Assembly: GCF_004010195.1 (NCBI RefSeq)
Contig: NC_057753.1
Coordinates: 10,354,445-10,418,444 of the forward strand
DNA from: Chiloscyllium plagiosum
Taxonomy: Eukaryota
DNA length: 64,000 bases
Direction of reading: 5' to 3'
The notes beneath the pieces are model-generated. The model made no database searches. It was not told where the DNA came from and saw only the letters and a list, made by a program, of their open reading frames with translations. Below are positions 1 through 10,930 of this stretch, one piece after another. The translations under genes and the position numbers were made by a program. The number at the start of each line of letters is the position of its first letter. The first letter of the stretch is position 1.

Positions 1-866
1 CGTATAAGTCCCCTTTCCTCCCCAGTAAATAGTATATTCAAAATAGACATTAATTCAGCCCAGGTATACAGACTGGGCCCCAAAAATTGATCAATTTGTT
101 CAGACAACCCCACCGGATCCACAACCAGGACCTTCATTTCCTTTTTAAATGTTCTGACCTCCCCCTGTTGAGGCAGGCACTTACAAACCCAACCTCTTTG
201 TCCCCAATGGGTACCTCCCGAAGGGGATAAGTCGTTACGTTCTTCCCCTTTTTCTTTTGTTTTCGCCACCTTAGATTTTGATTTTGATTCTCCGGAAGCC
301 TCCTCTACATCTACTGTAGCTTTCCGTTCTTTTGCTGAGGATTGAGGGTCAGGAACAACAACATCCCCATCCACCGCCCCTTCGTCCTCCTCTTGTGAGT
401 CATCTGTTCCCTGTCCCTGTCTGTCTGTCCTCCTTCCCCATGTTCACCTAACCTGATTTTATGGTACGGGGGGGGGGCAAACAGTTAAGAGGATCCCAGG
501 GACGAGGTGGGGCAGAAGGGGAATCCTTTGTCTTAACTAACAGCATTCCCAAACTGCCCTTCCAACAGGACGCATAGTCCGCCTCCTCTTGCCTAAAAGG
601 TTGTTTTCCATTCACATACAAACCTAAATACTGACATACCCAATCCTCATCCGAACCATACTTTGGCCAGAGGACAGCCGGACGAAGGATTGGTTCTTTG
701 GTCCATACTAAACAACAATATTTAATCATTGTCTTTTATCTTTTGCCCTTGTACAAGTATTACTTGTCCAATCCCGCAACATCCTCCCCAACGGACTTTC
801 AGGAGGAATGTCACCAGGGACTCTTTCGTCCTTTACTCCGTGACAGCTACTCTGCCTACCTCCCAT
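1..866 (-). mobile_element. gag: Class I (HERV-I/ERV-I-like) endogenous retrovirus gag, frameshifted (MA, late domain, start of CA); runs off the window start
   Basis: ATG at 866-864 gives MGGRQSS (MGxxxS myristoylation), then IPPESPLGRMLRDW and, after a frameshift, MIKYCCLVWTKEPIL..WPKYGSDEDWVCQ. LPPPY is broken in a 10-G run (468-477). CA start reads YPLREVPIG..GFVSA..EVRTFKKEMK..DPVGLSEQIDQFLGPSLYTWAELMSILNILFTGEERGLIR, recognised as HERV-I-like Gag. Confidence 0.88.
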
Positions 867-1212
867 TTCCCGGGGCCCTCGCTAGTCCCTCAGCGAGTAA
901 ATACCTCTTTTCCCGGCCACCAAGGCAATACTTAAAAGTCAGGTTTCTTACCTTGATCTGTGCACAGAGTTGCCTGGCCCCTTTTGCCGTCGTATCGTCT
1001 GTCGAGCTCCTATCACTGTCTGATTCAGATGTCTCTCTTGTAGGATTCACACCAGTCACCCAAGGGAGCAGACCAAACCGGGACACGAGACCGCTCCTCA
1101 ATGGGGAACGGGACGCGTCTTCCCAGTGTCCAAGGCCAGCTACTCCCCCCGGTGATGGAAGAAAATCCCGGACACGAGCCCCCAATTGTGAGAAACAAAA
1201 GCTCACTCACTT
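867..1212 (-). mobile_element. ERV leader, tRNA-Pro PBS with a 2-nt insertion (1165-1184) and the LTR 3' end, cut by an N-gap
   Basis: Minus strand reads ...TCTCACA-AT-TGGGGGCTCGTGTCCGGGAT; near-identical to about 1566-1910. Confidence 0.8.
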
Positions 1213-1280
1213 NNNNNNNNNNNNNNNNNNNNNNNNNNNNNNNNNNNNNNNNNNNNNNNNNNNNNNNNNNNNNNNNNNNN

Positions 1281-1883
1281 GCCTCCTCTTGACTAAAAGG
1301 TTGTTTTCCATTCACATACAAACCTAAATACTGACAGACCCAATCCTCGTCCAAACCATACTTTGGCCAGAAGACAGCTGAACGAAGGATTGGTTCTTTG
1401 GTCCATACTAAACAACAATATTTAATCATTGTCTTTTTATCTTTTGCCCTTGTACAAGTATTACTTGTCCAATCCCGCAACATCCTCCCAACGGACTTTC
1501 AGGAGGAATGTCACCAGGGACTCTTTCGTCCTTTACTCCGTGACAGCTACTCTGCCTACCTCCATTTCCCGGGGCCCTCGCTAGTCCCTCAGCGAGTAAA
1601 TACCTCTTTTCCCGGCCACCAAGGCAATACTTAAAAGTCAGGTTTCTTACCTTGATCTGTGCACAGAGTTGCTTGGCCCCTTTTGCTGCCGTATTGTCTA
1701 TCGAGCTCCTATCACTATCTGATTCAGATGTCTCTCTTGTAGGATTCACACCAGTCACCCAAGGGAGCAGACCAAACCAGGACACGAAATCACTCCTCAA
1801 TGGGGAACGGGACGCGTCTTCCCAGTGTCCAAGGCCAGCCACTTCCCCTGGTGATAGAAGAAAATCCCGGACGAGCCCCCAAT
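1281..1883 (-). mobile_element. gag: Second copy of the ERV leader and gag MA region
   Basis: Near-identical to about 581-1186; reads MLRDWTSNTCTRAKDKKTMIKYCC in frame but has a 1-nt deletion just after the ATG (1565-1563). Confidence 0.85.
1864..1881 (-). promoter_or_regulatory. Primer-binding site, tRNA-Pro
   Basis: Minus strand TGGGGGCTCGTCCGGGAT, identical to the MLV-type tRNA-Pro PBS, 2 nt from the LTR terminal CA. Confidence 0.93.
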
Positions 1884-2476
1884 TGTGAGAAACAAATGCT
1901 CACTTACTTCAATAATTTCAGTCTGAGACCAAAAATCTGAACTAGTAGTGCCGCTTTATTTGTACACTTGCAAGTGGGTGCCATGTCTAATGCCAGGTAA
2001 GATAATGACAAATGCACATCAAATCCAACAAACTCTCGAAATTTATACAGTTTGAATCCCCATATTTTTTTCTTATTCCATTGTTTGCTCCCTCCATCTG
2101 CTTACGTCACTCATTTCCTTAAGACTGATCTCACCACTTCTGTTTATCCGGCCTTGTCAGTGACAAATGTCTATCTCTGCCTCCCATAAAGTTGTTTGAT
2201 GTCATCCCACCCTTTGCTTACCATTATCTGCTCCCTCCATCTGCGCTGCCCCTCACAGCACGCTGTGAGGCAGCAGTGCTAACCACTGTGCCACCGTGCC
2301 GCCCACTACCATTGTTCTGTAATCACATCTCATGCTAAGTCCTCCCTCTATGTACTTCCCGTTTTTGCTAACTCAGCTCCTAGCTGAGAAAACAATCACA
2401 GACTAATGTGAATTCATTTACTCTGTATCAGAACTTATAATTTACAGAAATAACATAAATTCACCTATATCCCACA
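1884..2476 (-). mobile_element. ERV 5' LTR (~593 bp)
   Basis: Minus strand starts TGTGGGA and ends TCTCACA (inverted termini); TATAAA at 2047-2042 and AATAAA at 1960-1955; abuts the PBS; host repeat sequence resumes at 2477. Confidence 0.82.
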
Positions 2477-2861
2477 GTCTCTCTGTTGAGGACATTGACC
2501 GGCTTTACTTCCTTAACTTGGTAGATACATTTGTTTAGGCGAAAATGAGGATTGCAGATGCTGGAGATCAGAGTCAAGATTAGAGTGGTGCTGGATAAGC
2601 ACAGTAGGACAGGTAACATCCCCAGGTGATGGTTAGCATTTTACAGGAATGGAAAGGGGGAGATATTGCTTTGCTCCCAGATGTTGTCCACAGAAAGGGT
2701 TTTCAGTCTGAAACTGACAGGCCTTCTACCGCATTGTGACATCCAACACAAGCGGGTGGGGATTTTCTGCAGATCCAGCCGATGATGATCCCATGTTCCA
2801 AACTGCTTGTCTACTATTGGCCAACCGCCATAGTGTCTTCCATTGTGCGACATTTGGAATC

Positions 2862-3290
2862 CCTGCAGGACCGGAAGGAGACTGGTCCTCCCGCCAATCA
2901 GAGCCCCCCATGTCTGAATGCGGAAATTGGACAATGAGCTTCTGAAGTTGCTTCTGCTTCTCTCTCTCTGAATGAAGATTGATCTTTACCCCAGACTGCA
3001 ACTTCTTTCCTCTGTTCAGCATCTGTGAGTACGGCACTCTTTTTTTGCTCTCGCCCCCCTTTTCGATTTCCTTTCCCATTCTGGGGTTAAACCACTCAGT
3101 TTCACGAACTGAAAGGAAATGAAACCAGGGAGGGGGGCAGACTCTGGGAAGGTTGACTTAGTCTCTTTGTTGAGGACATTGATCGGCTTTGCTTCCTTAA
3201 CTTGGTAAATTTATTTGTTTGGCTAATGCTGTCAATTAAAGAGATGGGGCAGACTCCCCAGGAGACGGTTAGCATTTAACAGGACGGCAT
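2862..3290 (+). promoter_or_regulatory. ZNF-family promoter/exon-1 module, copy M1
   Basis: GACCGGAAG, CCAAT 2894-2898, GCGGAAAT, donor GTGAGT 3025-3030; homologous to seven other copies. Confidence 0.6.
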
Positions 3291-3334
3291 ATTATCACGA
3301 GCTGCTTGGCTGTACACTTGTAGAATCATAACCA

Positions 3335-3830
3335 TACAGCATGGAAACAGACCCTTCAATCTAACCAGTTCATGCTGAACATGGTCCTAAACTAACTCGT
3401 CCCACCTGCCTGCTCCTAGCCCATTTCCTACCAATTCTTTCTTAATCACTTTCCCATCCAAATGTCTTTTAAATGTTGGAATTGTATCTGTATCCACCTT
3501 TTCCTCAGGAAGTTCATTCCATATGTGAACCATCCTCTTTGCAAAACAAAATTGCCCAATAGATTTTGTTAAGACTCATTTCACCTTAGAAATGAGTCTT
3601 GAAATACCCCATACTAGGGAAGAGACAGCTACCTGAAGGGCTTATGCCCGAAACGTCGATTCTCCTGCTTATCAAATGCTGCCTGGCCTGCTGCACCTTA
3701 CCAGCACCACACCTTTCAACAGGAGACAGCTACCATCAACTGCATGTATACCTCTCATTATTTTATAAATTTCTATCAGCTATCTTTTCAATCTCCTAAT
3801 CTCCAGTGAAAATGGTCCCAGCCTTTTCTT
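3335..3830 (-). mobile_element. CR1/HER1 LINE 3' fragment with a nested Penelope-derived short repeat (~3631-3720)
   Basis: Typical CR1 3' sequence (catggaaacagaccctt...ccatccaaatgtcttttaaatg). Confidence 0.7.
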
Positions 3831-4224
3831 ATGGCAGATTGGGTCTTCAGTTACTAGGTTTGGAAGAATGAGAGGTGACCTTATTTAAACCAATAGAATT
3901 CTTTGTCAGAGTTTCCAGAACTCGCTGACACAGATTAAAAATAAAGGCTCTCCCATTTCAGGCAGAAATGAGGAATTTATTCTCTCTTGTTAGTTTGTGG
4001 AATGGTCCCCCACAGAGAGTAATGGAGGACTGGCTCATGGAATGTATTCAAGGCTAAATTGAAGAGAACTTTGTGTGGCAGGGGTATGAAAGGTTATGGA
4101 GAAGCGGAAGAAAATGGAGTGAAGGGCACAGCAGCACAGACATGATCTTATGGAATTGCACAGCAAGCCCCAGGAGCTGAATGGCCCACTCCTGGTCCAA
4201 TCGCTTACAACCTGTGTGCATGAT

Positions 4225-5035
4225 TTGGAGATGCAAGTGTTGAACTGGGGTAAACAAAGTTAAGAATCACACAACAGGTTTAATTGGAAGCACTAGCTTT
4301 TGGAGCGCTGGTTCTTCTTCAGGTGGTTGTGGAATATACTTATCGACCTCCATTCTGACGTGCCACAGCAAGGAACCGTAATGACCTCCTCAGGAGACAC
4401 ACATGCTGCAACCAACAGGGTACCCTTTGTATTCCAGTACTTCCCAGGAGCTGAAAAACTACACCATGTTCTTTGCAACCTGCAACACATTATCAATGAG
4501 GATGAGAACCTTGCCAAGACGTTCCCCACACTTCCGCTTCTCACTTTTAAATGACTACCAAATCTCTAACAGATCATTGTTCGTACCAAACTGCCTAGCT
4601 TTCAGGACAACTCCATACAACCCTGTCATGGTAGACACTCCAAGACGTGTCAGAGTGTGGACATAGATATCACCATTATGCATAGGGACACCTCCCGCAT
4701 GTACATGGCAGATACTCATGCAACTCAGCCAATGTTGTCTATCTCAGGTACTGTGGACAAGGATGCCCTGAGACATGATACATTGGTGAAACCGAGCAGA
4801 GGCTACACAATGGATGAATGGACACCGCACAACAATCAACAGACAAGAGTGTGCCTTCCCAGTTGGAGAATACTTCAGCGGACTGGGACATTCAACTTCA
4901 GAACTTCGGGTGACCGTTCTCTGATGCGGACTTCGGGCCAGGCGGCAACGAAAAGTGGCCGTGCAGAGGCTCATAGCCAAGTTTGGTACCCACAGGGAGG
5001 GCTTCAACTGGAACCTTGGGTTCATGTCAGGTGAC
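4225..5035 (+). mobile_element. Penelope-like element remnant: inverted terminal repeat segment followed by degenerate RT C-terminus and GIY-YIG endonuclease
   Basis: RVPFVFQYFPGAEKLHHVL..LQHIINEDENLAKTFP; NSANVVYLRYCGQGCPET*YIGETEQRL (GIY-YIG); a decayed hammerhead on the minus strand at ~4291-4325. Confidence 0.85.
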
Positions 5036-5612
5036 CGCACATGCACACCTTCATTCATTCATAAAACTGTGGTTTTGTAGTATATTTTACTATTTTGAGA
5101 TAGACTAAGTTAAAACACCCCTTTCAAATCCTTACTGCTTTTTCACAACTTCACCCTGAATCAGCTCTTGCTACAAGCAGTGCTTTGGCTTATTTCTACA
5201 TCAAAGCTACCTCTGAATAACTGTCAACATAGTAACTTATTCAGAACAATATTCTCCCTGCCATCTTGTCTCCATGAAAGATGACAATATTAATCAGCCC
5301 TTACCAACCATCTCTAGGGCCATGAAGAGACAGAACATCAAACCGTTTCCCTGTCTAGATAGCCACTATCCCCTTTAAGAAATGTACTATTAAGACTGCA
5401 CTTCCGTGAAATTGCTTGAATGAAATTCAAGCCAGCAAATACTCAACAAGTCTCACAACCCATCTACAGTAAGCAGTTTAATATCCTTTTATTCGTTTTT
5501 TCAGTACAGGTGCTTAGTATACAGGCCTAGTGTTTTTACAAACATTTTGCTAACTTAAAAAAAAGGACTGACACCCCTTAATTATGCAAGCAGACCACAC
5601 AGACAATTTCAA

Positions 5613-5791
5613 TTCCGTTAGTCCTTTTTTTTTAAAACCCCCACACTACCACCTAAGTGCGGTAGTGCTTATTTTATCCCCAGCACCCATGGTGCGTGTG
5701 TGCAGGTGTGAGATATTCAAATTCCACCACCAGGAAGACAGGAAAACACCCGGATGGCCAGTGACAAACACTGCCCTTTCCGTTAGTCCTT
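5613..5791 (-). mobile_element. 5'-truncated polyadenylated retroposon insertion with a target-site duplication
   Basis: TTCCGTTAGTCCT(T) at 5613 and 5778; T-run at ~5625-5633; 3' hairpin CACTACC..GGTAGTG. Confidence 0.75.
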
Positions 5792-6034
5792 ATTTGAGGA
5801 CAGATAAAGATGGAGATTCTGACACTGAATTGGAAATAGAGGTTGGAATTAAACACCTCTCGTGTTTCACTCAATGTATAAGTCTAAAGATTAAAGATTA
5901 GCTCCTGATGTGTACTTCACCAACACGTGAATTCCACGATAAGAAAGGAATATGGGAAAATTGATTTAATTGCTTTAATGGCAGCTTTATCTCCCACAAT
6001 CCAATGCAATCCACAAACCGCTCTATTTGCTGCG

Positions 6035-6570
6035 GGCAGTGCGCGTGAGAGATCGGCAAGGTGCTGCTGCGCATGAGAGATCGGAGTGGTGCCCCGCCCC
6101 TCATGGTTCTGATGGACCGGGAGACTAACCTTTGGGAAACCCTGGAGGACCGGAAGGAGATTGGCCCTGCTGCCAATCAGAGCCTCCCTATTGTCTGCGT
6201 ACGGAAGTTTCTGAAGCATCTGCTGCTCCTCTCTCTGAATGAACATTGAGTTTCATCCCAGACTGCAACTTCTTTCCTCTGTCCAGCAGCACTCTCTTTT
6301 CTCACCTTCCCCTCCTCTTCCATTTCTTTTCTCATCCTGGGGTTCAACTGTTGGTTTGTAGGAGCTGGAGGGAAAGCAAGTCAATCTGGAGGAGCGGACA
6401 GACTCTGGAAAAAGGTTGGTCTAAATCTGTGTCTATTAAAGACCGCGATGACAGGCTTTGATTCCTCGATTTGACTTATTTATTTGTCAGGCAAAAAGGA
6501 TGGCCTCTTGATCTGCCAGCGGGACAGACGCAAGAGGTTGGGGGCCAGATTCCCTCTAAGGGATCTTTGT
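6035..6570 (+). promoter_or_regulatory. ZNF promoter/exon-1 module, copy M2 (donor deleted)
   Basis: TGCGCATG, GACCGGAAG, CCAAT 6173-6177, ACGGAAGT. Confidence 0.55.
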
Positions 6571-6649
6571 GAGAGCTTGTTCATTGTGTTTAATTTATTG
6601 CCTCATGTTGGTGAAATTGTGGACAGTGTGGAGGGCTGTTGTGTACTTC

Positions 6650-7370
6650 TCCCGGGAACCTGTGCCTGACAACCTAAGCCGCCTCCGGAATTTTAATTTT
6701 GTCCCTTTTAAGGAAGTATCACGGCGGGCCCTGTACAGACTGTTGCTGCACACCATCCATCACTTTTCCCACTTTCACTGCCCAGACGTGCCTTAGCGTG
6801 CCCATTTGCGACCGAGCGGTGGGGATCCTCAGTGGAAGGCCCCCGAGGCAGGGTTCCTCCCCTTTTCTCTCGGGAATCCGGGGTAGAGAATGCTGTATGC
6901 AGCAGTCCCCTGCAAACGCAGATTGCAGTGGTTTACGGACTCCCAGCCCAACTGCTTGTTCTGTGGTGCTGTGGAATCTGTGGACCCTGTATATTATTGG
7001 TTGTGGGCGCTTGCACTCCCTTTTTTGATTTCCTTCTCTGGTTTTGGTTGCACTTCAGTCCCACGCTCTTGATCTCTGGGCACCCGGTACGGAGGGGTGA
7101 GGGCAGGTCTGAAGACCTCCTCATGGCTCTGCTCCTGGCTAAACTGGCCATAAACATGTTCAGGCAGTGTGCCATAGAGGGGTTGTTAGGGCTGACTGCC
7201 TGCCCCTCTTCCGTGGTTATGTTAGAGCCCGGATGTCTCTGGAGAAGGAGCACGTAGTTTCCACCAACACACTTGAGCTTTCAGGGAGAGGTGGGCACCG
7301 CAGGGAGTGGAGTGTATAGTTTACCCATCAACTCTATTTTGATTTAATCCCTGCCCTCCCCTTCATTGTT
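6650..7370 (+). mobile_element. L1/Tx1-clade LINE 3' fragment
   Basis: Degenerate ORF2 C-terminus: RALYRLLLHTIH; CLFCGAVESVDPVY; FWLHFSPTLLISGHPVRRGEGRSEDLL..LLAKLAIN. Confidence 0.7.
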
Positions 7371-7384
7371 TGATCATGCAGCAT

Positions 7385-8092
7385 TGCTGTGTGAAGCCAT
7401 CCACTTTGGAAGGTCAAATTTGAATGCAGAATACAGTGTTAAAGGCAGGATTCTTGACACTGTGGAGGAACAGAGACAACTTGGGATCCATGTCCACAGA
7501 TCCCTCAAAGTTGCCACCCAAGTTGATAGGGTTGATCAGAACCATATAGTGTGTTGGCTTTCATTAGCAGGGGGATTGAGTTGAAGAGCCGTGAGGTCTT
7601 GCTGCAGCTCAATGGTTAGACCACATTTGGAATATTGTGTTCAGTTCTTGTTGCCTCATTGTAGGAAAGATATGGAGGCTGAGACAAGGTGCAGAGATTT
7701 ATCCGGATGCTGCCTGGACTGGAGGCATGCCTTATGAAGAAAGGTTTAAGGGAGCTAGGGCTTTTCTCATTGGAGCAAAGAAGGATGAGAGGCGACTTGA
7801 TAGAGGTGTACAAGATGTTGAGAGGCATAGATAGAGTGGATAGCCTTGGCAGAAATGAGGGGACATATCTTTAAGGTAATTGGTGGAAGGTTTAGGAGAG
7901 ATGTCAGAGAGTGGTGGGTGAGTAGAACGCACTGCTAGCAGTGGTAGTAGAGTCAGATATATTAGGGACATTTAAGTGACTTTTGGATAGGTACATGGAA
8001 GTTATACAATGAAGGGTATGTCGGTTAGTCTGATCAGGGCCGGCACAACATCAAGGGCCAACGAGCCTGTACAGTGCTGTTCTGTTCTATAT
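7385..8092 (+). mobile_element. CR1 LINE fragment
   Basis: HFGRSNLNAEYSVKGRIL..VEEQRQLGIHVHRSLKVATQVDRV; LFSLEQRRMRGDLIEVYKMLRGIDRV. Confidence 0.85.
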
Positions 8093-8224
8093 ACCAGTAC
8101 AGTCAAAGGTTTTTTTGTGAGCAGTACAGTCAGATCCTAGCAAACAAGGACATGCTTAGATGAACAAGGCATCTTGGGTTACGGCTGCACAGGAGGTGCA
8201 CAAAAGCAAGGTCAAATTGGAGAG

Positions 8225-8615
8225 CTCCACTCAGCAGTCTAATAATGGCAGGGAAGAAGCTATTCTCGAACCTGTTGGTGCTGTGTTCAAGCTTCTGTAT
8301 CTTTTGCCGGATGGGAGAGGGTGTAGGAAATCATTACCGGGTGGAAGGGGACTTTGTTGGCAGCCTTTCCACAACAATGAGATGTGTGGATGGATTCCAT
8401 GGATGGGAGGTTACCTTCCGTGATGGACTGTGTTGTGCACACAACCTTCTGTAGTTTCTTCCGGTCCTGGGCAGAGCAGTTGCTGTAGCAGGGTGTGATG
8501 CACCCAGATACAATGCTTTCTATGTAAATGTTGGTGAGGGTCCTTACGGACATGCCGAATTTCCTAAGCCTCCTGAGGAAGAAAAGGCATTGTTGTGCCT
8601 TCTTGACTGTTGCAT
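8225..8615 (-). mobile_element. Rex1/Babar-type LINE 3' fragment
   Basis: KKAQQCLFFLRRLRKFGMSVRTLTNIY.IESIVSGCITPCYSNCSAQDRKKLQKVV. Confidence 0.75.
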
Positions 8616-8899
8616 GGGTAGGTTTAGATATTTAGCTGCTCCTTTCTCATTCTTACTAACTCCTTCATTTGATGCAGTCACACAGTCAGTTTCATACCTT
8701 GTGCTAATATTTTTGAAGGTCTTCTTCAGAAGGATAGTATATTATGAGGGGCAAAGATAGTGCACATAAATAATATGAAATCTTTTAACTTGATTACGTT
8801 TTAATGAACAGAAGAGCTTATTTATGATGAAATGAGTAAATTGAGTAGACATTATCCAGGGTGAGAGTGCATGGTAAAACAGAACTGAGTCTGCACAGG

Positions 8900-9497
8900 T
8901 TTGACAAGAAGAGGTGGTGGCTGGCAAACCTGTTAGGATTCTTTGAGCAGGTAAAGAGTAAGTTAATCAAAGGGAGAGCCAGTGGGCATAGCGATAGCTC
9001 CTTGAAAGTGGAGTCGCAGGTAGATAGGATAGTGAAGAAGGCGTTTTGTATGCTTTGCTTTATTGGTCAGAGTATTGAGTACAGGTGTTGGAAGGTCATG
9101 TTGCTGCTGTACAGGACATTGGTTAGGCCACTGTTGGAATAGAGGTTTACAAAACTATGAGGGGCATGCATAGGGTAAATAGGCAAAGTCTTTTCCCTGG
9201 GGTTGGGGAATCAGAACTAGAGGGCATAGATTTAGGGTGAGAGGGGAAAGATATAAAAGAGAGCCATGGGGCAACTTTTCACACAGAGGGTGGTACGTGA
9301 ATGGAATGAGCTGCCAGAGGAAGTGGTGGAGGCTGGTACAATTGCAACATTTAAAAGGCATTTGGATGGGCATATGAGTGGGAAGGGTTTGGAAGGGTAT
9401 GGGCCGGGTGCTGGCAGGTGGGACTAGATTGGGTTGGGATATCTGGTTGGACCGAAGGGTCTGTTTCCATGCTGTACATCTCTGACTCTCTGACTCT
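8900..9497 (+). mobile_element. CR1/HER1 LINE fragments
   Basis: SSLKVESQVDRIVKKAFCMLCFIGQSIEYR; typical 3' UTR ending (tgactctc)n. Confidence 0.85.
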
Positions 9498-9734
9498 AAG
9501 TGTTATTGACAAGGCGCCGTGCAGGAGGCTGCAAAATAAGAGTCCCTGTTGTTAGGCACAGAGGATTGGCTGACTGGCAGAAGGCAGAGAGTTGGCATAA
9601 AGGTGTCTTTTTCAGGACGGGGCAGGTGGAGTTCCAGAAGGGGCCCATGCTGGGAATGCTTGGACAGGCCAGGCGAATGGCCATGCTGGGAACACAAAGC
9701 GACTTGGGAGTCCCAGCTCAGGATTCTCAGGGGG

Positions 9735-10043
9735 AGGATTGTACCATTCTGGTGGGAATGGGGTCTGAGAAGGATCCTACCATTCGTGGGGTGTGGGGGC
9801 TAGAAGGATTGTACAATTCGCATGGGAAGGGGACAATTATACAATTCAGACAACGAGGGTTGTACCATTCATGCTGGAACTGGGTAGGGGAGGAGTTTAC
9901 CATTGAGAGAAGAGAGGATGGTATCCTTCATGATGTTTGGGAAGAAAGGATTGTGCCATTTAGTGTGCCGGGTAATGGGAGGATTCTACCAGTCACATCG
10001 GAGGGTGTGGATTTTACTATTCACAGGGTGGATTGTTTACTTT
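9735..10043. repeat. Array of ~11 degenerate 15-nt motifs (consensus AGGATTGTACCATTC) with variable G-rich spacers
   Basis: Motif starts at 9735, 9771, 9805, 9833, 9856, 9891, 9915, 9947, 9980, 10008 and 10029. Confidence 0.8.
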
Positions 10044-10164
10044 TACTTTCCAGAATTTCCAGGATACAGGACATATGCCAATTTTACCCACCAGAAATCT
10101 CCTGAAACTGGGTGAATTTAAAAAAAAATCCAGCAGGAAGATTCAGTTAAAAAGGTCTAGTTTT

Positions 10165-10930
10165 GGTCATAGAGTTATAGACTTAGAGTCATACTGCACA
10201 GAAACAGGTTCAGCTCATTCATGCCGATCTGATGTCCCAATCTGACCCAGTTCCAAGTTTCAAAATTTGGCCCATATCCCTCTAAATTCCAACCCTTTAT
10301 CGAGATACCTTTTTAAATGTTGTCATTGTACCAGCCTGCACCACTTCCTCTGGCAGCTCATTCCATACATGTACCACCCTCTCTGTGAAAATGTTGCTGC
10401 TTAGGTCCTTTTTAACTCTTGCTCCTTCTATCCTTAAACTTCTGCCCACTAGTTTTGGACTCCCCACCCTGGGGCAAAAAAGACCTTGGTTATTTGCCTT
10501 ATCCATGCCCCTCATGATTTTATAAACCTCGCCCCTCATGATTTTATAAACCTCATCCCTCAGGCTCTGACGCTCCAGGGTTAAAAAGGCCCCAGCCTCT
10601 CCCTGTAACTCAAACCTCCAGTCCCAGCAACATCCCTGTAAATCTTTTCTGCAGCCTCTCAAGTTTAACAGGGTCCTTCCAAATGAATGGCTACCAGACT
10701 TCTATGCCATGTTCTAAAAGTGGTCTCACCAATGTCCTGTACAGCCACAACATGACGTCTCATGTCCTGTACTCAATGCTGTGAGCCATGAAAGCAAGCA
10801 CTTTCTTCACCACCCTGTCTACCCATGACTCTACTTTCAAGGAATTATGTGCCTGCACTCCTGGGAGTATTTGTTCAGCAAGACTCCCCAGGGCTCCACC
10901 ATTCACTGTATCAGTCTGCCCTGCTTAGTC
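10165..10930 (-). mobile_element. CR1 LINE fragment with an internal 24-bp tandem duplication (~10507-10554)
   Basis: EVYKIMRG occurs twice; RVVHVWNELPEEVV. Confidence 0.85.

Noticed and set aside
5068..5540. Possible solo LTR (TGT...ACA)
   Set aside because: No matching TSD, PBS or second copy in the window; cannot be supported without a repeat search
9735..10043. CRISPR array
   Set aside because: Eukaryotic context, no cas genes, repeats are short and degenerate, spacers are short and uneven
9500..10105. 201-aa ORF
   Set aside because: Non-ATG start; begins in LINE debris and runs through the motif array, whose periods are not codon-phased; no recognisable domain
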